DNA of 64,000 nucleotides, taken from contig CM022671.1 in assembly GCA_012295275.1 (NCBI GenBank), positions 8,866,001-8,930,000 on the forward strand, written 5' to 3'. The notes under the pieces are model-generated. The model was not told where the DNA came from, searched no databases, and was given only the letters and a program-made list of their open reading frames with translations. Each line of letters starts with the position of its first letter. The first letter of the stretch is position 1. This document shows positions 40,501-54,472 of this stretch, piece by piece. This stretch comes from Chrysomallon squamiferum. Its lineage: Eukaryota; Animalia; Mollusca. The position numbers were made by a program, and so were the translations under genes.

Positions 40501-43001
40501 TTTTAAGGAAGAAGGAGTATTTGATAATAAAGAGACATTTGTAAGGAATGAAGGAATATGAATTAATATAGGGAGATTTGTAAGAAAAAGGAGAAATAAT
40601 AATATTGTGGAAAATCTGTAGGGAATAGGGAATAAATGAAATGTAAATACATTTGTAAGGAAGAAATAAAATATATAATAACAACATCTAATATGGAGGA
40701 ATATTTATAATGTAGAATCATTTTGTAAGAAAAAAGAACCCATATTGTTTCTTCTAGAGATACTTAGAATGAAGAAATGGGTATTTATTTTATATCAGAC
40801 AGTGTACAGTTCTGTTGTATTAACTTTGAAGTTTAAAGTGTGTATGTCTTGATCATTTTTTTTCTGCCAAATAAAAACAGAAGAAGATTTTTAATTGTCT
40901 TACACCTCATTATCCATTTATTATCTAACAGAATCACTTAGTCATATAATTATCTTGTCTGTCTATAAATAATTAATGTCAATATGTACATACATATGCA
41001 ATTTTAAAAAAGCCAGTGAGAATTAATGACTGTAAAAATTCTATTTTAAATAATATCTGAATCAATCAGGATTTTCTGGTGAATACACTCTTCAAGTTTA
41101 TAAGATCTACTGAAGATCATCTTTACCAGCAGAATGTTTCCCACAGGACAGATGATATTTCATACAGGAGATTTACAAGTTGAATTAATCACTGCTGTCA
41201 GTCAGAGTGGATAATCTTTGCATTATTTGTCATAAACTCGGTCTTTGAAAGACAAGTCTGATGTTTCTAAACCAATTTTACTGTTTTGAAAAGTGTTTTA
41301 TGTCTGTTCTTGCAATAGTGATTTTATTTTTTTCAACAATGGTTTTTTCTTTGAACAATGATTTACACATTTGAAAAATGACGATGCTTGAACACTATTT
41401 CAACTTTTCTATAAATCAGTTTTCTTGTTTGAACAACAGTTCCATTCTTTTTACAATGATCTTCATTTCTGAAAACATTTCAGTTTTAACAACAAAAACT
41501 TATTCTTTGTTAGTGGGTTTTTTTTGTTTTGGAATGTTTTTTCTGGTTATAATTTCTCTAAAATGTTTTCTGGTTTCTTTTCTCTTCATTGAATAATCTG
41601 ATTACTGTAACAAAAAATACTCATAGCAGATATCACGAATCACATCCACTCATGCAGTTTGTTTTTCTGTTGCAAGATCAAAATTCAGTGATCTGTCAAA
41701 ATCTAGAATTAGGTAGAACATCCAATAAAATACAATCAGTGAAAAGATGTTTGTTTTGATCATGTTTTACAGATGTAATGTGTTTGATTTGATCATTGAG
41801 CTGAAGTAATCTAACTTGATTACACATGTAAAAACTTTCTAATATGTAACTCTTCTTCAACAATGGATTTATTGAAAAAAAGACTATTCCAACATGAACT
41901 CCAGAATCAGGCTGAATGAAGTGTATATAACAGTATTTGGTGCAAAATTAACCCTTTAAATTGAAAATGACTACACAGAGGATTTTGCCTTTCACAATGT
42001 TCTCTTGTATTGAATACTGACACATTTTGAGGCCTCTAAAACTGACTTCCACTTGTCAGAGTAGTATCTTTTTTGTAGCCTTTCAGTGTTTGAACTCTCT
42101 GGAATAAAGACTGGTTGTTTAGAATACAGGGTAGAATAGAGATTAATCTAGTAAATATATTTGAAACCACTCTTAGAACATAATTTTTTGTAGACTTAGT
42201 TGTATCCTCTCTAGAATACAGACATATCTTGTAAACTTCCAGTTGTCTGTACCCACTCTAGAATAAAGACATATCCCGTAGACTTTCTGTTGTCTGTTCC
42301 CATTCTAGAATCCCTTTTACTTTTGAGGATTTTTGTTTTCCTCAAGACTCTAGAACATGAATTGGTTTTGTAGACTTTCAGTTGCCTGGATCAGTTCTAA
42401 ACTACAGGAGTGTCTGAAATCTTTCAAGTAGTTTAGCATGAACTATAATATGTTTAAGACTGTATAAAATATAGAAATGAAGTTGTCCAGCTCAGCTTCA
42501 GCTGTAAACTTTGTGAGGTACTGATGACAGAGATGAGATTAATCTGCAGTTCATCTGTGGGGCAGTGACCAGATAGCATGTTTGTATTTAAATTGATTCC
42601 ATCATGAGGTGACATTGATGTGGACATAGTAACCATTATCTATTCAGATTCTGAACCTTGCAGCATTATTCTGTCACTAACACAAACAATAACTGTCATA
42701 TTATTCTAGCAGAGTAATACATTAGATATGTGACCATTTAATTATTTCTTGTTGAAAACATTCTCTGGTGGATATTTGAGACGAAAGTTTTGTGAACTCA
42801 TGTCTGTTTATGATAGTTTATATCTCTGTGTCTCATGTTCAGCTACTATCTGTCTTTCTGTCATTCTCTGTTTTTCTAAATCTGTGAGGTTGTGTGTCTG
42901 TCACTCTGTCTTTCAAATATTAAATGAATCTGTCTGTCTCTGTCTGTCATTCTCTCCAGCAATCATTAAATAAATCTTTCTGTCACTCTGTTACTCTCTT
43001 T

Positions 43002-43040
<39 letters not shown>

Positions 43041-43343
43041 TGTGTGTGTGTGTGTTTTTATATCTCTTTTCAATTTTGTATTTCTTAAACATTTTTATTT
43101 CTGTCAATCTCTGATTGTCTGTGTCTGTCATTTCCCCTTTTTTTTTTTACACTTTCCCTCTGTCACTCAACATTTTTGTTTTTTTAAACTGTTTCTGATG
43201 TCTAAGTGAATTTACTTGAAATGTCAAAGATCTTCTCATTAGTATTTGATTATATTATGTACTGAATTATTAAATAAATAAATAACAGAAGCAGCAGCAG
43301 CAACAACAACTACAATAATACAATAACAATAATAATAATGATA

Positions 43344-43375
<32 letters not shown>

Positions 43376-46300
43376 TGAAAAAAATTAAATAAAAGACCTA
43401 CAAAGTAAATAAAACAAAAAAAATGTCCCTGAAAAATCAAATATATGATGAAACATTTATAGCACTGGCAATCATTGGGCATTTTCTCAATTACTCTAGC
43501 AAAAACGTTTTCTCAATAAACTATTGTATAAATGTATTGTGCTGGTTTTTAACACAAGCCATTGTTACTGTATGTAAATAGATCTGAAAGCAGCTGTTAA
43601 TAGTTCTCTTGTAAATCCTACCCAGCTTCAGGTACATTACCTAGCAAAATGATATATTCTATAAAGCAATAGGAAACAAGCCAAAATTAGTAAAAAGCCA
43701 AATAATTTGATAATGTTTTAGAAATCTGTGTCTCTAATGCATGTTGCCAGTTCATGATGCTATTTCAGAACACACTGGTATAAGATGAAATAGGTATAGT
43801 AGATGTCTGTCTGTAATAAAAATTATCATGTCATCATTAATGAAAATGAATGTGTTCAGATGCCAAATTAAAAACTAATGGAAAATTGTTTTTAAATAAG
43901 GTAAATGTTGTGTGTATCTGTAAAGGTAATCTTTTGCAACATTCAAGAATGGAAAGAAGTCCTAAATTCAATATAGTGAAATAGAAAAATAAAATAAAAG
44001 TTTAGATTTACATTAATTCTACCTTTCACTATAGTCCTCACAAGGATCAAATTTGCAGTTCTGAAAAATACTCCAGAAATTTATGGTTTTGGGAATGCAG
44101 TCAGAAATAAATGGATTGGAGAATACTTTTATGTAGGATACAAAACTACTTCTGTAATAATGGATTTATAATTGACTTGGGCAGAAATTCCAGCCTTCTG
44201 GATTACCTAGCCATGAAACATGTCCTTGAACCATCAGCTGATTTGAGCATATTTCACATAAACAGATTAGTAATAGTGATTCTAAGCAAAAATAATAAAA
44301 AAATAAAATTCTGTACTGTTTTACTAGCAAATGATTTTAGTTCTTAACAGATACGTGACTGTAGGCTGTGGATTCATGTACGCAGTTCTATCTGAATGTA
44401 ATATGACAGTGTAACCAATTAACATATTTACTTAGTTGTGCTGCACTTGTGTCCCAAGCAGCATGTCTAGTTTATCAGTGGATCCCTATTTAAAAAAACA
44501 ATTTTAAAAAAGTAAAGCAAGTATCCTCTCTCTATATTTCCTTATCCTTAATATCTCTGTGATGCTGTACAATTATAATTCACATGATCCATTCTCATCC
44601 ATGTAATCAATGCTATTTCAACTCTTCCAGAAACCCTATTTATCAAAGGCTGCAGTAAGTCTTTTTCTGTCTATTGGAAGGTGCATGTAAAAAAAACATC
44701 TCTTGCTATTAAGAATAATGAGAGTAACCCATTGCATAGTTGATGGTTTTATGTCATGTTTTTTCTACAAAGTTCTTATTCATATAGATATAACCATGGA
44801 TACAAAAAGGATCAAAAGTTATCTAAATTAAAGATTCTAATTATATACTAAAGACACCAAGTAAAATGTATTTCTGAATGCAGAGATAAACTTGGTCTTT
44901 GGATTTTTGAATACAGAGATACATACATATGATCTTTGAATTACTGAATACAGAGATACATTTGAACTTTGGATTTCTGAAAACAGAGATACACTTTGCC
45001 TTTGAATTTCTGAGTACAGAGATAAAACTTTTTTTTGTTTTGTTTTCTGAATAGAGAGATACTTTGGCATTACCCTAAAGACTGTGTTTACTGAAATGAA
45101 TTATCTCATGTGTCACACCCTCTACTTTATGGGTGATTGATATCTCAGTCCCATCCCACCACAGAGATAATGAGCAGTCCCCAGATAAAAGTGTTTTCTT
45201 TCACAAACTCATTTAGGAAGAGAAACTGTGTCCATTGTTCTTGAGTTCAATACTCAGATATTCATAAGAATGACCCCCTTTTGAATTATAAATACAGTGG
45301 AGCATGAGACATTAATATGTTTTGGAGATAATCATCTTCATTGAACGAGATTCTGTGTAAAATGAGTGAATTGTATGAGGATTATGGATATAAAAAATTC
45401 TATTTAAATTGTGAAGATTTTAGTCATAAGATTTGATACAAATCTTGTACTTTTTCTGGTAGCTTTAATATAAAAAAATATTTTACAAGAAATTTAGTTC
45501 TGTTTTTAATGTTTTTAATATTAAAATTTATATCAAATGTACTCTAACAATGAATGCATTCTGCAGAAAAGCATATTTTAAAAAAATCAATATAAAGACA
45601 TCAATAATATAATAATAGCTTTTTAAATCAACTTATTTTATCATTTTTAATAATTCCTTTTATCCACATCCCTTTATTAAAATTTTTAAAAAAAAAAGAA
45701 AAAAAAAAGATTAAATTAAATTAATTTGCCATTTGGGAAATGATCTAAATTACTTTGGTCTCCTGTTTGGACAGACTCTTTTGGCTTTAATTGAAGAAAA
45801 ACGCTGTAGAGCTCATTCAGGGAAAGACAAATAGCCAGTGTCGATTCTTTGAACATAAAGTGGAAATTTGTAGGCTCAACATGCCAGCTGGCTGATTGAC
45901 TGATGATTTGATATAACCTGGTAATATTTTCAAGTGCCTGGAAGGAGGTTCCGACCAATCCACTGGTCAACACTTGGTTATTAAATTTGCAGCACTGATG
46001 ACTTGAACTAATGTTTGTTCTTATTAAAATGTTAATGATGCCATTGTGGAACGGCTCTTGTCAGAATTATTTTATAGTGTGGAAGAATGTTGATAGTCAT
46101 GTTTTGAGATCAAAATTACCTACTTACATAAGCAATTTGAAGGATCTGGGATCAGGCCTTGTTAATGTCACATTAGGGCTAATTTCTGTCTGGTGTGTCA
46201 AAGGACAGTGTGCACTGAGGTGCACTGAAAACTATGAATGAATAATTCAGTGATAATAATTAGAATATAATAGGTCATATTTGAAAAGTACAGGTCACAG

Positions 46301-49300
46301 TTAACACTTGTTTGTCATCCAAAATCTCATCACAGAATGTTTATTATTTTCTTTCAGTAGATAGATTAAACAAAACAAACTTATATACCTTTATTAAAAA
46401 AAGAATTAATTCAGTTTTTACTGATATATTTTCACATCCATCCATCTGTCTGTACATATATCACTATTACATTTGTTACAGATATTTGTATCCGCAACAG
46501 AATGAACTGCTGTTAGATAAATCATTTTTTTAAAATTTAATTTAATTCTTTTGAAAACATAATATATACATAATGTATTCTTTATTCAGACCAAAACTGA
46601 TTAATAAGAACTGTTAAGTTAAGGTTTTTGGATACATTGATGATTTTTTCATGCAGCTTACTTAGACCCTTAGTTTAATGAACTCACAGAGCAACAGGTT
46701 GTTTATTGATATACTGAATGTCATAATACGATAACATTGTCATTTTAACAATTACTATAATACTGAATATTTGAATTAACAAGTTAACAATCATACAAAC
46801 TTAAGATGTGAAAGACCAAGTGACTGATTTGCCCATGTCACCCACACCTTGCATGACCTTTCAAGAATCATGAAAACAGTGATTCAAGGATTCAGACTTA
46901 AAGAAATGAGCCTGCTAAAATTATGTTTACTTGAAGACAAAGCCCATTGAATTAATATACTTTAATGTGTGTGTGTATGTGTGTGTGTGTGTGTATGTGT
47001 TTGTATGTATATGTGTGTGTATGTGTTTGTATGTATATGTGTGTGTGTGTGTGTTCATGTGTGTGTGTAATCACATTACTGGTGATTAACATTTCACATA
47101 TTCAGTTTTTATGTAGAAACAAAACAAAAAAAACAACTAATAATAATAATAATAATTGTTTTTTCGATGTTCTTTCGATTACAAAATAGAATAGGACTGT
47201 TTTTGTGTTTTTTTTGAAAAATAGTTATAATATTTTACTATATAAGATGAGAGTAGAAAGCTTTAAATGATTACCTGTGGTCAGTAAATAATTATCTTTA
47301 TGATGTGGCTGAACTGATGCAGAAAATTCTATTATTAATTTTAAAATTTGAATCTGATGAATGAATATTACTTTTTAAAAATACATTTTTCAAAAAATGT
47401 TTCTATATCTTTTTTCACAAATGAATGGAGGCTCAGTCTGCTTGGAATATTTCTGTTTAGTTATAATGCTTAAGTTAAAAATAATGGAGATTTTTAAAAA
47501 TTTTATTAATGTTTTTCTTTTTTAATTTCAGAGGATATCAAAAGCTGCAGAAAAAGCCAATAAGGAATATGGAAAGTACAGACCAGCTGAAGAGTTACAG
47601 GTAAGTTAATTTCTCTGAGGCAGCAGTTAACCCTTTCAAACTAGTGAACAGTTTCACATTTAATGATGATGTAGTATGCTGTTTCTTGCCAGTGAAATAT
47701 AAGGTTTAAATGAAACTGGTGTTTTGTGTCAAGATATTTCACTAATGAAGGTCTTTTAGCATGCTGAGATATCTCACCAATGGCAAACTTCTAGTATGTT
47801 CAGATATTTGACCAATGGCAAACTTCTAGTATGTTCAGATATTTGACCAATGGCAAACTTCTAGTATGTTCAGATATTTGACCAATGGCAGCCTTCTAGT
47901 ATGTTCAGATATTTGACCAATGGCAAACTTCTAGCATATTTAGATATTTGACCAATGGCAAACTTGTAGCATGTTTGGAAGTTTGACTATGGCATCCTTC
48001 TAGCATATTTAGAATTTGACCAATGTCAAACTTCTAGCATATTTAGATATTTGACCTATAGCAGACTTCTTGACAAAACGATTAAGGAATTATATAAAGA
48101 AAAAGTACAGTTGTAAAATAATTATGTAAATTGTCTTACTGTGACAACATGTGAAAAAATAATCATAAACAATTCATTATATATCTGTTCATGACTTATA
48201 ATGAGTGAATGTTTGAAAACACTTCAACACATTTTCTGTGTCATTACATAATAATGATGATAATGAGTGACAGAAAACCTACAAAGATTACTTTAGCTGA
48301 TTTGCAGCAAGAGGTCTTTCAGTAGACAGTAGAATTCTGTCTGAAATATATGACCATGGGTTTGAATTGTTATGTGTGTGCATGTGTATGAATATGTACA
48401 AATGTGTGGCATGTGTATGAATATGTACAAATATATGTCCTGTGTATGAATATGTACAAATGTGTGGCATGTGTATGAATGTGTACATATGTGTGTCATG
48501 TGTATGAATATGTACAAATGTATGTCCTGTGTATGAATATGTACAAATGTGTGGCATGTGTATGAATGTGTACATATGTGTGTCATGTGTATGAATATGT
48601 ACAAATGTATGTCCTGTGTATGAATATGTACAAATGTGTGGCATGTGTATGAATGTGTACATATGTGTGTCATGTGTATGAATATGTACAAATGTATGTC
48701 CTGTGTATGAATATGTACATATGTGTGTCATATGTATGTGGTCACACGAGTCTGTGTGTGTATTTGCATGTAATGGTCATATTTGATCAGGCTTATATAT
48801 TACTTTAAACATGCATTTGAATTCTGAAATGAGTGAAGAAAAAAACATCATTATGACACTTAGTCAAATTTATGAAATAATGACTGTGAAATATATTTTA
48901 AAATAAATAAATCACTTCAGACCTGTGACTAACGTACTTTTCTGTCAAAGAAAGTACAAGTAAACATTGGGATTATTACAGCTTCCTTGAATTTATCATC
49001 TCAGACATTATTAGACAACCTCTGTTTTAACACTGAATAATCAAGCCATGTTTGACATCAAGACAATTCAAATAAATTATCAGATGGTGTCTTGTATATT
49101 ATTATATATATATATATAAAAACATAAATAAACCTTTCTTAAAGACTTTTCATTTCAGTCAGTGTTGGTTATTTTTATTATTGATATATAATGTTTTTAT
49201 TTACATTTTCTACTTAACTTCTTTTTTATTACTTTGAAAAATCAATAGATTGCCTTGTAAAGCATTTCTGACCAAGAATTCATTTTAAAATAAACATTAG

Positions 49301-50206
49301 TAAATGACATTAATCATATCTGAAGGCTGACATCTAATTTTAGTGATACTGGGTTTAAGTTTAATCTTATTTTATTTCAAAAACCAATTCAGTTATTTTC
49401 ATGTGAACCTTTAATATAAATTATCTGATAGCATTCAGTGACAGAATTAAACATAAAGTATACAAATTACAATTTAGAGCATAAAAAAAAAAAAAAATAA
49501 AAATACGAGTATATATATATATATAAATAAATGGATATAACAAATGATTCAGTAAAATTATTTTGGCAGATATTGTAATAAATGATCACGGGACTTTTCA
49601 ATTATTATAGTTGAAGATCTCACCAAACCTCCTTTCCAGCTGAATAATATTTTCTTTTTTTCTTTTAGTTTCTTTTATCATTATTCTTTTTTTAACCCTT
49701 ACAAAAATCAGCATCCACGCATGTTCATTTTAACATAATTATGTCAAAATAATCCAATGATTTAGAAAATTGTAGCCAAGTGATCTATTATTTGTGTTCA
49801 CTTACTGAATATATATGGAAATGAAATTCTGCCACAGAATATGATGAACGATTCTGATGAAGTGTTTGGTGGTAAGTTAATTAAGCATTACCATAACTGA
49901 TCTGACAGAACCTAGTGATCCACACTATTAAATGATGCTGATTTGGATTCAGCAGTTTCTATGATGAATTCACTAAACTGTATTTCCCCTTTCCAAGTGG
50001 ACGGTTAACAGAATAAATGGTCTCATGTGTTATGTACCAAGGCTATTTACTTGTCATGGGTGTAATATTAAATTTATTTCATGCCAAGAAATATTCAGTA
50101 TTGCTGTTTAGTGATAGTATTCACAAAGAAAGTAGTATTTTGTATCCATTAATATTTTTAAGATGATGTCGGACATTTTAAACCATCTTACATACACTGG
50201 AGACTG

Positions 50207-50292
<86 letters not shown>

Positions 50293-53200
50293 CATCATCA
50301 TCATCATCATCATTTAAATTCATATTTATTTTTGTGTAGGTGGATAATATTTGTGTATTATAGTTTCTGACATCATGAAATAAAATAAAATAATAGTAAT
50401 AAAAATTTAATAAAAATAAAGTTTAAAGGAAAACACATTAAGCTATATATTAGTAATATTAAATAATGTAATCACATAATGTAAAAACTGTGATTTTTGA
50501 AACTCTCTATCTTCCTTGTTTTTCACTCATTTGTTTTTTTAATCCTCAAACCACATATCAAAACCGATTCTTTTTTAAAATTTAATTAGATCATAATTAT
50601 TTTTTTAAACCCCAAAAATATATTGTAATCATTAGAAAACTAAAAACACTTGAAAGCAATAATGATAATGAAAAACTAATGTTACATATGTCAAATTTCA
50701 AAATATTAATTAGGAAAAATTATGTAACATAAAATCCATTTTAATGCAACATATCAATTCTTATCAACATAATAATAAAAACTGACAGTGAGTTTTTTCT
50801 TAAGTTCCTATTCATTGATCTGATTCCAAAACCATTCATCTTAAGATTGATTCAGAAATTTGTAAATTTAATGTTTATTTAGGAATTTGATAAATTAATT
50901 ACATATTTCTTGACGTAAAATTTATTTTAACACACACAATACACATATAAATGATGAATTTTAATTTATAATGAATTAAGATTATAATAAAATCTCTAAA
51001 GTCAACATGAAGTAAAATTTTAAATATTACAAAATATAATTACATATAAATAAATAGAAATACATAACAACAAAAACAACAATAATACAATAACAATAAA
51101 TCATAAAATAAATAATTATCTCTAAATAACCTTTAGTGTTTTTCTTAAGAATTGTAATATAATTCCTATCTGTAATTTTCAAATTAACTGATTCTTAATA
51201 AAACAAACAGTTCCATCATATTATTTAATTACACCTGGGAGAGTGACTTAGTGATCTAGGTGTGTGTTAGTTGATGGATAACTGATGTAGGTGTGTGTTG
51301 AAGGATAACTGGTGTAGGTGTGTGTTAGTTGATGGATAACTGATCTAGGTGTGTGTTAGTTGATGGATAACTGATGTAGGTGTGTGTTGAAGGATAACTG
51401 GTGTAGGTGTGTGTTAGTTGATGGATAACTGATCTAGGTGTGTGTTAGTTGATGAATAACTGATGTAGGTGTGTGTTACTTGATGAATAACTGATGTAAG
51501 TGTGTGTTAGTTGATGGATAACTGATGTAAGTGTGTGTTAGTTGATGGATAACTGATGTAAGTGTGTCTTAGTTGATGGATAACTGATGTAGGTGTGTGT
51601 TAAGGATAACTGATCTAGGTGTGTGTTCGTTGATGAATAACTGATGTAAGTGTGTCTTAGTTGATGGATAACTGATTTAGGTGTGAGTTAGTTGATGGAT
51701 AACTGGTGTAGGTGTGTGTTAGTTGATCAATAACTGATGTAGGTATGTGTTAGTTGATGGATAACTCATGTAGGTGTGTATTAGATGATGAATAACTGAT
51801 GTAAGTGTGTGTTAGTTGATGAATAACTGAGGTAGGTGTGTGTTAGTTGATGAATAACTGATGTAGGTGTGCAATGGTTGATGGATAACTGATGTAGGTG
51901 TGTGTTAGTTGATGGATAACTGATGTAGGTGTGTGTTACTTGATGAATAACTGATGTATGTGTGTTAGTTGATGAATAACTGGTGTAGGTGTGTGTTAGT
52001 TGATGGATAACTCATGTAGGTGTGTATTAGATGATGAATAACTGATGTAAGTGTGTGTTAGTTGATGAATAACTGATGTAGGTGTGCAATGGTTGATGAA
52101 TAACTGATGTAAGTGTGTGTTAGTTGATGGATAACTGATGTAAGTGTGTCTTAGTTGATGGATAACTGATGTAGGTGTGTGTTAAGGATAACTGATCTAG
52201 GTGTGTGTTCGTTGATGAATAACTGATGTAAGTGTGTCTTAGTTGATGGATAACTGATTTAGGTGCGAGTTGATGGATAACTGGTGTAGGTATGTGTTAG
52301 TTGATGGATAACTCATGTAGGTGTGTATTAGATGATGAATAACTGATGTAAGTGTGTGTTAGTTGATGAATAACTGATGTAGGTGTGTGTTAGTTGATGA
52401 ATAACTGATGTAGGTGTGTGTTAGTTGATGGATAACGGATGTAAGTGTGTGTTAGTTGATGAATAACTTATGTAAGTTTGTGTTAGTTGATGAATAACTT
52501 ATGTAAGTGTGTGTTAGTTGATGAATAACTGATGTAGGTGTGTGTTAGTTGATGAATAACTGATGTAGGTGTGTGTTAGTTGATGAATAACTGATGTAGG
52601 TTTGTATTAGTTGATGAATAACTGATGTAGGTGTGTGTTAGTTGATGAATAACTGATGTAGGTGTGTGTTAGTTGATGAATAACTGATGTAGGTTTGTGT
52701 TAGTTGATGGATAACTGATGTAAGTGTGTGTTAGTTGATGGATAACTAATGTGTGTTAGTTGATGAATAAATGATGTAGGTGTGCAATGGTTGATGGATA
52801 ACTGATGTAGGTGTGTGTTAGTTGATGGATAACTGATGTAGGTGTGTGTTACTTGATGAATAACTGATGTATGTGTGTTAGTTGATGAATAACTGGTGTA
52901 GGTGTGTGTTAGTTGATGGATAACTCATGTAGGTGTGTATTAGATGATGAATAACTGATGTAAGTGTGTGTTAGTTGATGAATAACTGATGTAGGTGTGC
53001 AATGGTTGATGGATAACTGATGTAGGTGTGTGTTAGTTGATGAATAACTGATGTAGGTGTGTGTTAGTTGATGGATAACTGGTGTAGGTGTGTGTTAGTT
53101 GATGGATAACTCATGTAGGTGTGTATTAGATGATGAATAACTGATGTATGTGTTAGTTCATGGATAACTGATGTAGGTGTGTGTTAGTTGATGAATAACT

Positions 53201-54301
53201 GATGTAGGTGTGTGTTAGTTGATGGATAACTGGTGTAGGTGTGTGTTAGTTGATGGATAACTCATGTAGGTGTGTATTAGATGATGAATAACTGATGTAT
53301 GTGTTAGTTCATGGATAACTGATGTAGGTGTGTGTTAGTTGATGAATAACTGATTTAGGTGTGAGTTAGTTGATGGATAACTCATATATGTGTGTGTTAT
53401 TTGATCAATAACAGATGTAAGTGTGTGTTTGTTAATGAATAACTGATGTAAGTGTGTGTTAGTTGATGAATAAATGATGTAGGTGTGCAATGGTTGATGG
53501 ATAACTGATGTAGGTGTGTGTTATGAATAACTGATGTAGGTGTGTGTTGATGAATAACTGATGTAGGTGTGTTAGTTGATGGATAACTGATGTAAGTGTG
53601 TTAGTTGATGGATAACTGATGTAAGTGTGTTAGTTGATGGATAACTGATGTAGGTGTGTGTTATGAATAACTGATGTAGGTGTGTGTTGATGAATAACTG
53701 ATGTAAGTGTGTTAGTTGATGAATAACTGATGTAGGTGTGCAGTGGTTGATGGATAACTCATGTAGGTGTGTGTTAGTTGAAGGATATCTGGTGTAGGTG
53801 TGGAATGGTTGATGGATAACTGATGTAAGTGTGTGTTAGTTGATGAATAACTGATGTAAGTGTGTGTTAGTTGATGGATAACTGATGTAGGTGTGCAGTG
53901 GATGATGGATAACTGATGTAGGTGTGTGTTGAAGGATAACTGATGTAGGTGTGTGTTAGTTGATGAATAACTGATGTAGGTGTGTGTTAGTTGATGAATA
54001 ACTCGTGTAGGTGTGTGTTAGTTGATGAATAACTGATGTAGGTGTGCAATGGTTGATGGATAACTGATCTAGGTGTGTGTTAGTTGATGAATAACTGATG
54101 TAGGTGTGTGTTAGTTGATGGATAACTGATGTAGTTGATGGAGCTGTGTTGAGAAGACTTCACACTCAGTACTCTGATTAAAACAATGATAAAACAGGCC
54201 AGCCTGGTACATAAAACTCACTTGTTAAATAATTGATTCCATGTGTGTGTGTGTGTGTGTGTGTGTCTCTGTCTGTCTCTCTCTCAGATAGCTGGTGACT
54301 G

Positions 54302-54332
<31 letters not shown>

Positions 54333-54436
54333 TGTATACAAATATACATATGTGTGTATGTAAGTATGTATGTCTATATAAATATATATATATCAGTCAC
54401 CAGCTTCTTAGCATTGTGGGTCTCTCTCTCTGAGAG

Positions 54437-54472
<36 letters not shown>

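Noticed and set aside
48288-48731. His/Thr-rich repetitive ORFs of 147 and 132 aa
   Set aside because: Products of the 87-nt higher-order repeat, open in two frames and antisense within an intron.
33619-54140. Possible inverted relationship between the 49-nt and 31-nt satellites
   Set aside because: Only short words such as ATCCAT and AACAC are shared with the reverse complement, which is insufficient to claim homology or pairing.
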